From the NCBI GenBank assembly GCA_000146465.1, contig CP001950.1: a stretch of DNA of 64,000 nucleotides; one strand, given 5' to 3'. The notes below the pieces were generated by a model. That model was not told the origin of the DNA. It saw nothing but the letters and a program-made list of their open reading frames with translations, and did not search any database. The translations under genes and the position numbers were made by a program. Below are positions 20,449 through 30,358 of the stretch, piece after piece (within the stretch, counting starts at the first letter, position 1; each line of letters opens with the position of its first letter).

Positions 20449-22992
20449 TTAATTCTCATTATTCTTTTTACCCAGAACTCCAGGAATTCTCTTATTCCCT
20501 GCACTCTTTCTATTTGCATACATCGATGTAACATTCGTATCTAATTCGTTTTTGGCTGGTCTTCCTACTCCAATCTTGGGCTTTGGTATTTCTCGAGGTT
20601 TTACGGCAGGGCTATCTCCGCTCTTTCCTTCATTTGAAGATCCTCCCACCCATTTTTTCTCCACTGGATCGTAACGGAAGTCGTCATCTACATCGATGTT
20701 GGCCTTATGAACCGTCTCTTTTTTGAACATGTTCAAGAATCCAAAGAAAGATCCACTCTTCTTTGATTCTTTTTTCTTGCTTTCTGAGGTAGGAAGCTCA
20801 TCATCCATAAATTTGGAGAGAAATAAGCTTGTGTCATCTTCACTTCTAATTTCTTCCTCTTTCTTATTGCTCTCAAAGAAATCTGCAAAGCTTTTTGACT
20901 GTTTTGTATCCATGTATAAATTACTCCGTTCCTTAATCTCGCAAGGTGCACTATTAACAGATAACTCTCTATCGCTTGTCTCCAGCTCCTGATTGTCATA
21001 TTTCAACAAAGTCTCCTCCTGAGAAAGTCTATACATACCATCTTTTTTTCTTGCATCACTCTTCTTTATCCATTCTTCTCTGTTTAATACCCCATCGTTT
21101 TCTTTTATCTCTGGCGCCCTACTCTCCAGGACTCCCCTTTCTTCTTTGGTGTTCACACTGGTTTCATGGCTATCGATACACGTTACCCGGTTCTTTTTAT
21201 CAAATGAAGCCGTTTCGGAAATACTTTCATCCTTCCTGGAAGGTTCAGAAGGAATGGGGCCCAAAGATGTTTCTTTGGGTGCAGAAACCCCGTTCTTCTC
21301 TAGATCGTCTTCAAAACTGTCCACATTAAGAATCTTTTTGATTCCAAAGTCAAAAACACTCTTAAGACCAAAAGACCATCTGGTGTCAAATACCGATTCA
21401 AGACTGCTTCCAAGCTCCTTTCTAAAGCACTTTCGATTTGCTTTAAAATATTCCTCTGCCTTTTGCCTATCGAATTCTATCCCTACGGAAACAAATTCAT
21501 ATTTGAGAAGATCAAGGTCTTTTATGTGGCCGAAAATATGTTCTACATAGCAAAGAACCCTGAGGGCTTCAAAGTTCTTGCTGAACATCCATAAGTACTT
21601 GTTTATGTCTCCTATTCCAAGGAGGTGAGATGCTATTATCACAAATAGTGCATCGGGAATACTCCTATCGAAAACTTGAAGTATAAAGTCATTATTAATA
21701 TTGATGCTCTTGGTACTTAGAACCTCTCTAATATATGCTTTCCAATTTCCGTTAAGCTTAAAGGAACATTTCGAGAACCCAAGTGCCAAAGATATCAGCT
21801 GTACACAGGAGCTGTTACAAAACTTCTCCAGAAACTTATTTCCAACACCTTTTGACCACTTTGGCAACAAAATACCAACTTCCCATATTTCATTTTCCAT
21901 TGCATATTCAAAGGCTTTGTCTGGGTCTTCTATACAGAGCTCTATGAGCTTATTCATACTTTCAGCACTAATAGACCTATTGATATCTTTGCTACAATAG
22001 ACAGGTTTTGTATCGGAAACAATACGGGAAATATTATCGATCGATATAGTCTTAAGCTGAACTAATTCATAGACATGCATATACTTGACATCTCCATTTC
22101 TTTCAAGACTTGAAACAAAATTGGAAGGCTTGATATCAGGGAGGATGTAGTCAGGCCTATACCATTCCGAAACATTTATATAGCTTTGAATGGCCTCTCC
22201 TTGTATGTTGAATCTCTTCTGCGAAGACATAAAAACTGTAATCAGGTTTCCGCACACAAACTTTGACAATGGCTTAGGCTTCATGGGATCCATTTTAGTG
22301 CTCTGCAATCCTGTAGGAGACCCAATAAAAAGGTTTGTGGAATCTATTTGTTTAGACTCCCCACAACTTTCGGGTGTCTCCTCCTCCTTTATGATAGTTT
22401 CCTCCTCGATACAAGGCTTTTCCTGAAGCGGGGTGTCTTGCAAGTCTTCCTTGCCATTAGAGGCTTCCTTCTCTATCTTCACATTAGAGACCCCTTCAAG
22501 TATGAACTCCTCGTCGTCGTCCCAAAGAAAATCCATTTCATCTACAGAAGATATCTTTACCTCCGAATCTGCTACAGGCTCAGACTTCGTACTTACTTCT
22601 AGCCTCGAAAATTTGCTTTCATTCCGAACTTCTTTCATCTCCATAACCTCTTCTTTGTTCTCTAGTTTATCTCCAGAAAAAGACTTCTCTTGAGTCTTTG
22701 CTTCCCAGCTAGATGTCTCTTCCGGATCCTTTTTCTCTTCTTCTTTCTTTCCACTTCGATCAGAGATGTCTTCCTCGGCCCATGGAATTTCTCCAGGATT
22801 CTTTTCCAGCTCTTCCGACGATGTATTGGAGGCTTCGACCTTTTGACCTTCCCCCTCAATTTTAGATTCTGGATTGACTCCCTCCGTCCTGGGTCTAAAA
22901 AGCAGCCCTATTTCTTGCTCATATTCACTATCGCTCTCGCTTAAGATCTTCCAAAAGTCGTCTTCATCCTTCTCAGATCCATTGTTTTTCAT
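20449..22992 (-). CDS. Large hypothetical protein (847 aa): acidic S/E-rich N-terminal half, conserved helical core, basic C-terminus
   Basis: ATG confirmed. Low-complexity E/K/S-rich regions. No family firmly recognised; a Sec16-like central domain is only a loose possibility. Confidence 0.45.
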   Translation of the reverse strand: MKNNGSEKDEDDFWKILSESDSEYEQEIGLLFRPRTEGVNPESKIEGEGQKVEASNTSSEELEKNPGEIPWAEEDISDRSGKKEEEKKDPEETSSWEAKTQEKSFSGDKLENKEEVMEMKEVRNESKFSRLEVSTKSEPVADSEVKISSVDEMDFLWDDDEEFILEGVSNVKIEKEASNGKEDLQDTPLQEKPCIEEETIIKEEETPESCGESKQIDSTNLFIGSPTGLQSTKMDPMKPKPLSKFVCGNLITVFMSSQKRFNIQGEAIQSYINVSEWYRPDYILPDIKPSNFVSSLERNGDVKYMHVYELVQLKTISIDNISRIVSDTKPVYCSKDINRSISAESMNKLIELCIEDPDKAFEYAMENEIWEVGILLPKWSKGVGNKFLEKFCNSSCVQLISLALGFSKCSFKLNGNWKAYIREVLSTKSININNDFILQVFDRSIPDALFVIIASHLLGIGDINKYLWMFSKNFEALRVLCYVEHIFGHIKDLDLLKYEFVSVGIEFDRQKAEEYFKANRKCFRKELGSSLESVFDTRWSFGLKSVFDFGIKKILNVDSFEDDLEKNGVSAPKETSLGPIPSEPSRKDESISETASFDKKNRVTCIDSHETSVNTKEERGVLESRAPEIKENDGVLNREEWIKKSDARKKDGMYRLSQEETLLKYDNQELETSDRELSVNSAPCEIKERSNLYMDTKQSKSFADFFESNKKEEEIRSEDDTSLFLSKFMDDELPTSESKKKESKKSGSFFGFLNMFKKETVHKANIDVDDDFRYDPVEKKWVGGSSNEGKSGDSPAVKPREIPKPKIGVGRPAKNELDTNVTSMYANRKSAGNKRIPGVLGKKNNEN

Positions 22993-23116
22993 GGACTAAA
23001 ATTAGACCCCATTTTTAAAAGCCCACTGGGTCTCTAAAACCTTGAATATCAAAACAAACCTTTAATTCTAGTATCTAAGCTGTTGTCGACGATATAATTT
23101 AGAGACCTTTTTATTC

Positions 23117-23713
23117 CTAGCAACACCTTCTTCCCTTTACATACTTTATGGACTCCAGCCTAACTGTACTCTCATCCTCAGCAGGATCCTCCAAATCTTC
23201 TTCAATAAGCCTGTCAACAGCCTTAACAAGATCCTCTATTCCCTCATGCTTCATAGCACATGTCTCAACATACTCCCCTCCATGCTTCTTCGCCTTTTTA
23301 CTTCCCACCTCCTTATACCATTCTTGTGTCTCCTCATCTGCAAGGTCCTTCTTATTCCCCACTATTAGAATCCTGACCTTACTTCCGGGATTGTCATTTG
23401 CCTTTGTAAGTGTATTAATCCAGTGATCTATCCTCTCAAAAGAGGCCTTATCCTTCATATCAAAGACGATAATGGCCAGGAAGGAGTTTCTTGTATAGTT
23501 TGGTATAATCGAGTTGAACCTTTCTTGTCCTGCCGTGTCCCATAGTTGGAGACGAACCCTATGTCCACTAACCACAATCGTTGTACTAACAAAGTCCAGT
23601 CCTATCGTAGGGCCATATGACCTTTGTACTTCCTGGTGCAAATATTGGGACATTAATGTGGTCTTTCCAACGTTGGAGCTTCCTAGAAATACTATCTTAT
23701 AGGTTGATCTCAT
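23117..23713 (-). CDS. Rab family small GTPase, Rab6/Ypt6-like
   Basis: [21 protein letters not shown](N)SIIPNY (Rab6 signature [20 protein letters not shown]), GNKKDL, C-terminal CC prenylation motif. ATG confirmed. Confidence 0.75.
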   Translation of the reverse strand: [198 protein letters not shown]

Positions 23714-23876
23714 TTGGATCCCTGCCCTTTTTGTTTATTTTTATATATCTCTCAAATGTGAGAAAGCCTTTGCTTTGTTTGGAGGTTTCCCTTTGGATGC
23801 TATTACAAACATAGATACTTTAATATTTTCGTTTGTTGTTAAGCCATGGCTGTAAGATCTATCCCCAACCCCATCA

Positions 23877-25346
23877 ATGTTTCTGAAGAAGCTTCTTGCA
23901 ATTGCAGCGAAGAATGAAACGTTAGTCCACACCACAAGTGCATATACAATGTACAACACTACTTTTGAGAACAAAAGAGCTACAAAACTTGCATTTACAC
24001 AACCACCGGTAGCCTACTCATTCTTGAGGAAGATAAAGCATGATAACATAGTTGGAATTTATAAGCTGAATGTGGAGAAAGGATATCTGATTACAAAGAG
24101 GCTGTTTCCTTTTTGCTCTGTGTTCAGAAAGGAAACCAGGGAATTTAACAAATACATATCTTTTAAAATAGCACAGGCAATAGTGTTCCTTCACACTCAA
24201 TGTGGTGTAGTTCACGGAAATATCGTGAAGGATTCTCTTTTCTTTAACGAGGAAGGTGGGATAGTTCTTGGCGGATTTGAAAAGAGCAGAAACAGTAGCG
24301 TATTTGACCAAGACAACATAATGTTCAGTAATCTTGTGAAAGAGCTAACAAATGTTGACACCACCCTTGTTAAAGTTGCCGGAGATGAGAGGTTTTGCTC
24401 AGATATATTCTTAGACCTGGATATCGCATTTTTTGGTTACAAGTCTTTTACTACAGAGCAGAAACTAGATTTCATTTCAAAGGCCAGAAAGAGCAAAAAT
24501 GAATTTGTAGACATCCATAAGAGAAGGATATCATGGATGATTCTTGGAGATATAAACTCTAGCACTCAGAAGGACTTCAAAATACTAGCTGTTGATTTTG
24601 TCCTGGGTTTTGGAGTCTCAGACATGGAGGAGTTTTTACCTCCATTGTTTTCCATATTGGACACGGGTATCAGACTCTACCTTCTTAGAAACTCTGATAA
24701 GTACATCAGTAGAATCGTTTCTTTAGACCCAATAATAAAAAGTCTGTCCCTTGGCATCAAATGTAAAGATAAGGAGCTGAGAGAAGAAACAATTGTGTTT
24801 ATAAAGGAAAACATAAACATGATATCTAAGAAGCAGCAATCTGAAATATTGGAAACAATGCATGGATACATCTTGGATGACCAGGGGATGCAGTTGGTTC
24901 TCAAGTTTCTTTGCGATGTAAGACCTGTTTTCAAGAAAACTGATGTTGTATATAGAATTCTCTGTAAGTACCTTATCCAATCAAAATCAAAAGTAAAGGT
25001 CCTTGCTGCAATGGAAATCTTCTATGAGACCTTTGATAACTTCAAGATGACTACAGAGCTTCTACCTCTTCTCTGTGGATATCTATCAAACAGACATGCA
25101 CAGCCTGCAGTTTTTTCCCTCATAGAAAAAGTCCTTGAGCATCTCAAGGAACACAAAACTGAAATAGTGGACAAGGAGTGGAAGATTGGAAATATCAAAA
25201 ACATCTTTAAGCCAAGATCTCCAGAAGGCCAAGGAACAATTCCTTCCGGAAAGGTAGAGACTCCATCGGAAAAGTCAGAAAATGAGCTGAGCCAGGACCA
25301 TAAGGAATGGAAAAGCCCAGAAGACGGATGGGATGATCCATGGTGA
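23877..25346 (+). CDS. SCY1-like protein (N-terminal protein-kinase-like domain plus HEAT repeats)
   Basis: FLHTQCGVVHGNIVKDSLFF (compare FLHNDCKLIHGNV of SCYL/Cex1) followed by helical repeats. ATG confirmed. Confidence 0.5.
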   Translation: MFLKKLLAIAAKNETLVHTTSAYTMYNTTFENKRATKLAFTQPPVAYSFLRKIKHDNIVGIYKLNVEKGYLITKRLFPFCSVFRKETREFNKYISFKIAQAIVFLHTQCGVVHGNIVKDSLFFNEEGGIVLGGFEKSRNSSVFDQDNIMFSNLVKELTNVDTTLVKVAGDERFCSDIFLDLDIAFFGYKSFTTEQKLDFISKARKSKNEFVDIHKRRISWMILGDINSSTQKDFKILAVDFVLGFGVSDMEEFLPPLFSILDTGIRLYLLRNSDKYISRIVSLDPIIKSLSLGIKCKDKELREETIVFIKENINMISKKQQSEILETMHGYILDDQGMQLVLKFLCDVRPVFKKTDVVYRILCKYLIQSKSKVKVLAAMEIFYETFDNFKMTTELLPLLCGYLSNRHAQPAVFSLIEKVLEHLKEHKTEIVDKEWKIGNIKNIFKPRSPEGQGTIPSGKVETPSEKSENELSQDHKEWKSPEDGWDDPW

Positions 25347-25461
25347 TTATCCAAGGTCAAAACCTCCTAAGAAATAAATACAAATTCAATTTATTATGCA
25401 TCAGATTAAGCCAAGTGTTTTTCGAACTAATCCATTTCCTTTTTTCCATCCTGGAAAACCT

Positions 25462-26724
25462 CTAATTCTTTTCGATATACATTCCAGCATACTTCGAAAG
25501 GCAAATAAGAGGCATTTGATCTGTCTCCTCACTACTCCATCCTTGGTTAAAAATCCTTTTCTGTTCGTCATTGTATCCAAAGTGGTTGAACAACTCACTG
25601 ACTAACGGCATGTTTGACTTTATAAGTCTCTGAGGATAAGTTTTCAATGGGCCGAGGAACAGAGTTGTTATTCTGTCTTCATGTCTTACATAGTGTTTAA
25701 CACACAGCTTATAGACTATTGGAAATCTCTCTGAATCAAAAGTTTGCATGCTCCTGTGAAGATAGTAGTTTTCAAAAAGAGGACCTCCACAAAACGAACA
25801 CTCCTCTACAGACAGGAGATACCTTATCAGTGGCTTGTCGATACTCCTTCGAACATTCAGATTGTTTCTTACCAAATGCCTTGAGCAAGTTTCCTTGAGT
25901 GTGACATGTCCTATGTACTCTACAGTTTCTTCAGGTGTAAAGTTGCAGGATGTGGCAGCCAACTCTATTAGAAATGGAAGCTTCAAAATTTCCAGTGGGA
26001 TATTCTGAATTTTGTTGTTGGAGACATTCAAGTACTTTAGTCCATAAAGTCTCCCTATAACCGAGGGAAGAACAACAAATAGGTTATTATCTATATGAAG
26101 TGCATTGAGAGCTTTTAGTGCAGAAATTCCCTTGGGAAGAGAGGAAAGAAGGTTCTGGGACAGATTAAGCTCTCTAAGGTTCTTCAGTAGTCCGATTTCT
26201 TCGGGTAGTTTCTGTATCCTGTTCTTTGAAAGGACTAAAACCTTAAGATTCGTCAAGCAGCCTATGTGCTGTGGAAGCCTTGTTAAGTAGTTGCAACAAG
26301 CTTGCAAGATTTTTAAGTCTCGGATCTCTCCTATACCCTCCGTTATCTCCACAACAAATTGTCTGCACATGTATACCTGACTTCTATCTTCTTTAGAATT
26401 ATGGCGTATATTAGTTACTCTTTCTCCACTCGTCAATATCTCCCAGGCTGTCTCCTCTTTGTTAACAACGTTATGATATATATCCATTTCTTTTCCTGTT
26501 ATTTCCTCCAACCTAGGTGATAAAGGAAGATGTCTCGAGACAAGTCTCTCAAAGCTACTGAGAGAAGTAGCTAAATGAACGCTTGGATAACTTTCTACTG
26601 ACTTCGCCACTTTGTACGGGAAAACATGATCTTCAAGATTGTACAGTCTCAAAACACCAGGCGCACTTGGATTAGATCGAGCAATAACCGGATCCCTATT
26701 CATACTACTCTGGGTGTTTCCCAT
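25462..26724 (-). CDS. LRR protein with N-terminal MGNTQSS (consensus N-myristoylation motif MGxxxS) and a Cys-containing C-terminal domain
   Basis: About 10 LRR units (LVLSKNRIQKLP, LNLSQNLLSSLP, LHIDNNLFVVLP, LNVSNNKIQNIP ...), then ETCSRHLVRNN...EECSFCGG...KLCVKHY. ATG confirmed. Confidence 0.7.
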   Translation of the reverse strand: MGNTQSSMNRDPVIARSNPSAPGVLRLYNLEDHVFPYKVAKSVESYPSVHLATSLSSFERLVSRHLPLSPRLEEITGKEMDIYHNVVNKEETAWEILTSGERVTNIRHNSKEDRSQVYMCRQFVVEITEGIGEIRDLKILQACCNYLTRLPQHIGCLTNLKVLVLSKNRIQKLPEEIGLLKNLRELNLSQNLLSSLPKGISALKALNALHIDNNLFVVLPSVIGRLYGLKYLNVSNNKIQNIPLEILKLPFLIELAATSCNFTPEETVEYIGHVTLKETCSRHLVRNNLNVRRSIDKPLIRYLLSVEECSFCGGPLFENYYLHRSMQTFDSERFPIVYKLCVKHYVRHEDRITTLFLGPLKTYPQRLIKSNMPLVSELFNHFGYNDEQKRIFNQGWSSEETDQMPLICLSKYAGMYIEKN

Positions 26725-26975
26725 AGCTTACTGTGGTCTCTCAAATTTAACGTTGTGTTGTTTGATGTTCTTTGACACAATAGGTTTCTGGCTTTCAAAC
26801 AGACTTCCACTTGGAAACAAGTTTCAGCAATTGTATGCTTTATCTCTCCGGGATACATTTCTCCGAAGGGAACTCAGGAACCGCTACTTGTACAAGGAAA
26901 AAAAGGCCTTTATTTGCTAACTTGAAACAATCCTTGATATTGAAAAAATAAAAAGAGATTGAAACAGTGCAAATA

Positions 26976-28175
26976 ATGACCGAGGTTACCAGTGCGGATT
27001 ATTCCAAGCAAGGGTACCATGAAATACCAAAGACAGCATACACTACCCCTATAAATTGGCTCATCCTTTCCGATAACAAGATAAGAGAGGTGCCGGAAAG
27101 TATAAAGGAGCTCAAGACCTTAAGCAGGCTTGCTCTAAACGACAACAGAATTGAAGAAATACACCCTGGAATTGGGTCTCTTGTGGGACTCACATGGATC
27201 GACCTTACTAGAAACCGACTCAGGTCATTGCCCGACGAAATGTCAAATCTAAAAAGAGTATCTGGGCTTGGGCTGAGCGAGAACAACTTCTCCGAAATTC
27301 CCAGATGTATATTCAAAATGACCAATCTCCGGAAGTTTGGCTTTTTTTCAAACAAAATCAGAACAATTCCCAAAGACATCAGGTTTCTCATCAACCTAAT
27401 CAAAATAGATTTATCCAATAATGAGATTTCCTCACTTCCCGACGAATTCTGTGAGCTGAAAAACCTAAACTGGCTGAATCTGTCCAACAATAAACTGCAG
27501 AAGCTTCCTGACGGAATCAACAACTTGGTACAATTGGAGGAACTTGGTCTTGGCGCAAACTGCCTCACCGAGCTACCTGACATGAGTAACCTGAGGAAGT
27601 TGAGGATACTCCCGGTCTTTAAGAACCAGCTGACCCACATAAACCAAAGTATATCCCGTCTCAGCAGCATCGAAAAACTGGACTTCAGCGACAACAACAT
27701 CATTGAATTCCCTGGGCATGTGATAGGTATTCCAACTCTAAGATATCTAAATCTAAAATCAAACAAGATTTCAAAGATAGACCCAAGCACATTCAGAAGC
27801 CGTGTATCTTCAGTCTCAATAATCGATGTGAGTGACAATCTTCTTAGCTGTATCCCTTTGAAATTCTTCAAAACCTTTTCAAATGTAACAGTAATAAGAG
27901 TGGGGGAAAACCCATTTGTTTATCATGAGAGCAAGCCAGCACCCAGCCCGGCCTTAACGGAGCTCTGCTACAACAAATGCCTAAATATGCAGTACAAATG
28001 CGAAAGCTGGATAAGGAAGAGGTACCCAAATGTAAAGAGCTGCGATGCTTGCAGTAAGCTGTTTACTACCCAACCTCATCTGGGATATAGCCTCAGCTCG
28101 GTTGGGGATGGAAGTACATTTGTTGTTGAAAAGATGTTATGCTCTTATGGTTGCTACAAAAACGAATATAAATAA
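26976..28175 (+). CDS. LRR protein (about 14 LRRs) with a Cys-containing C-terminal domain; paralogue of 25462..26724
   Basis: LILSDNKIREVP, LALNDNRIEEIHP, IDLTRNRLRSLP, LGLSENNFSEIP, IDLSNNEISSLP, LNLSNNKLQKLP ..., then ELCYNKCLNMQYKCESWIRKRYPNVKSCDACSK. Track start is GTG; the first ATG (MTEV...) is at about 26976. Confidence 0.7.
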   Translation: MTEVTSADYSKQGYHEIPKTAYTTPINWLILSDNKIREVPESIKELKTLSRLALNDNRIEEIHPGIGSLVGLTWIDLTRNRLRSLPDEMSNLKRVSGLGLSENNFSEIPRCIFKMTNLRKFGFFSNKIRTIPKDIRFLINLIKIDLSNNEISSLPDEFCELKNLNWLNLSNNKLQKLPDGINNLVQLEELGLGANCLTELPDMSNLRKLRILPVFKNQLTHINQSISRLSSIEKLDFSDNNIIEFPGHVIGIPTLRYLNLKSNKISKIDPSTFRSRVSSVSIIDVSDNLLSCIPLKFFKTFSNVTVIRVGENPFVYHESKPAPSPALTELCYNKCLNMQYKCESWIRKRYPNVKSCDACSKLFTTQPHLGYSLSSVGDGSTFVVEKMLCSYGCYKNEYK

Positions 28176-28198
28176 AGATTTAATGCATTTTATCCCAA

Positions 28199-30349
28199 TT
28201 ATACTACTCGTCCTGAAGAAATCATGCTTTGCACATTCTCTGAGATCGGATGAAAAAATGCCTGGAGATTGAACTTTTCATCAACTACATTTCCTTCTCG
28301 TACTCCAAGGACAGTTTCACATATGAGAAATAGAATTCTGTCATTTCTTTTAATCAACACCGTTCCATCATCTATTTCATAAGGTTCTTTATTCAAAGAC
28401 ATGCCCTTGAGCTTCAAACATACTGTGTAGAATCTATTGAATGTGCCTTGGTCCACCTTCATTGAATAGATTTCGTAGATGTGCTTGACTTTGGCCTCAT
28501 TATTAGAACTCGTGCATATGAAGTAGATAGAGGAGATAAAGAAGTCTATGTTCTTTATGTTCACATATCCGGTGTTGACAAAGTATATCATCGATCCAAC
28601 GAATGTCCTACTCCTTACAAGCTTTATCTTGGAGTCTTCGTCCAGGCTTATCTCCATGAAGTATTCAATAAACTCCTGTAATAGTCTTTTATCATTGTAT
28701 CCGAGCTGAATTTCAACGTGTTCCTTGCTGCTGCCCTTGTATTTCAAAAGTAAGGGAAGAAGCACATCTACTGGTATCCTCATGTAAGAGAGGAAATAAA
28801 GCATCGGAAAGGTGACATCAAAGTCTAAGACCTGTCTAACAAAAATTGATGAATGCTTGGAATGTGCATACACCAGAAGCTCTGCATCGGATTTCGGGCA
28901 TGATGGCCAGACTTGGTCTTTCAGATGGGCCTTTATCATATCTACTATCATTAACACTTCCTCTGTACTGTTGTTAGCTAATGCTCTCCCAACCAATAAG
29001 TCTCTGTATTCTTTTATATCTTTTCCTTGAAGATATACCAAAGCTGATTGGATATCCGTCCTTATAAGCTCGTTGATTTTTTGCTTGGAAAGTTCTCCGC
29101 AGAAAAAATATTTTAGATAGAACCTTCTCTTCTCTCTACACTCAGGAGGTTCCCCCTTCTCTTTTTTTATCTTCTCCAAGCTCTGCTCCAAAAAGACATC
29201 TGTTCCTTTAAAAGATTTGATACGAAAATAGAACTCCCAGGGTAGATCAAATTCGTTTAGGAGATCAATATATTCCTTTCTTTGGCTGGTAAAAACTCCC
29301 CTGAGAATAAACTCTATTAATCTTAGCAGGCACTCTCTTTCACTACCAGCCTTTGTGTAATTCTTTTGATTTTCCTCGGAGCTTTCTACAATTTCCAACA
29401 ACAAATTTCTGCAAAGATCCATTCCAGACCTAAATATATTGAAGGCTACGGCCCTGACTTTGTGACTTGTGTCAAGAATTCTCTCATAGATATCCAAAGA
29501 GTATTCGATAATATCTTTAAAGCTTGTTTTCTCTAGTAACGTTGCACGGATATCTTCGTTACAATTAGAAAGGATTTTATGAAATATTTCATCGTGTTTT
29601 GGACTGCAATTTTCGGCTAAAATCTTAATTACTCTCTTGTCTTTATCTCCAATGTAAAAGTTACAAAGCTTCTCAAAGTTCTCCTCCGTCATTGCTGCAG
29701 TTAAATACTTCAACTTCCCTTGTCCCCTTATGTTCCTTACACACAAGTGCTCCCTAAAGCTAAGGTTTGAATATACATCTGCATAAACTTTATCTTCAAA
29801 GTTTTCCATAATTAGAGCAACAGCCGGCATCGATATCTCTTTCGTAACCTCAATTATACTACTAATTTCTGGATCCTTTGGTATATGGAGAAGCACAGAA
29901 CGGATTACTTCTCTTGTTGTGTCTTCAGTCCCTTCTTCTATCAGTATGATAATAATCTCTTTCAAATACTTCTTTGCAGTTCCACTGACTACACCTATCA
30001 ATCCACTTAGCTTGGAAATCAAGTCTTTATCCGTCAGAAGACTGGGGATTCTGTATGTGATGAAAGTTTCCAGGTTTATTTTTTCCTTTGGAAGCACTTC
30101 TATAAGCAACTTGAAGAACCTACGTTTTTCCTCTTTACTCAAAAAGCATCTTGGGGCATTTATCCTCAGAACTTCAATCACGCCAAGCAATGTGTCTAAA
30201 ACCTCTTTTCTCAGCTCCATATTTCTCACCAGATGCTGCAGAACGTCTTCATCGACACAAGACCCTTGAGGCATCTCCTTTAGCTTCAGGTACATTCTAA
30301 ATGTCTTATTTTGTGTTTCCGTTCTTTTTGTTCTCTTCAGATTTTCCAT
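28199..30349 (-). CDS. Hypothetical HEAT/ARM-type helical-repeat protein (716 aa)
   Basis: All-helical repeat composition. ATG confirmed. A condensin non-SMC or PDS5-like subunit is conceivable but unsupported. Confidence 0.45.
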   Translation of the reverse strand: MENLKRTKRTETQNKTFRMYLKLKEMPQGSCVDEDVLQHLVRNMELRKEVLDTLLGVIEVLRINAPRCFLSKEEKRRFFKLLIEVLPKEKINLETFITYRIPSLLTDKDLISKLSGLIGVVSGTAKKYLKEIIIILIEEGTEDTTREVIRSVLLHIPKDPEISSIIEVTKEISMPAVALIMENFEDKVYADVYSNLSFREHLCVRNIRGQGKLKYLTAAMTEENFEKLCNFYIGDKDKRVIKILAENCSPKHDEIFHKILSNCNEDIRATLLEKTSFKDIIEYSLDIYERILDTSHKVRAVAFNIFRSGMDLCRNLLLEIVESSEENQKNYTKAGSERECLLRLIEFILRGVFTSQRKEYIDLLNEFDLPWEFYFRIKSFKGTDVFLEQSLEKIKKEKGEPPECREKRRFYLKYFFCGELSKQKINELIRTDIQSALVYLQGKDIKEYRDLLVGRALANNSTEEVLMIVDMIKAHLKDQVWPSCPKSDAELLVYAHSKHSSIFVRQVLDFDVTFPMLYFLSYMRIPVDVLLPLLLKYKGSSKEHVEIQLGYNDKRLLQEFIEYFMEISLDEDSKIKLVRSRTFVGSMIYFVNTGYVNIKNIDFFISSIYFICTSSNNEAKVKHIYEIYSMKVDQGTFNRFYTVCLKLKGMSLNKEPYEIDDGTVLIKRNDRILFLICETVLGVREGNVVDEKFNLQAFFHPISENVQSMISSGRVV

Positions 30350-30358
30350 CTGGGGCTG

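Noticed and set aside
26999-27871. Long antisense ORFs inside coding genes (for example 26999..27871 minus inside the LRR gene, 2178..2540, 6242..6631, 30745..31197)
   Set aside because: They are embedded opposite well-supported genes, have low-complexity translations, and many start at non-ATG codons.
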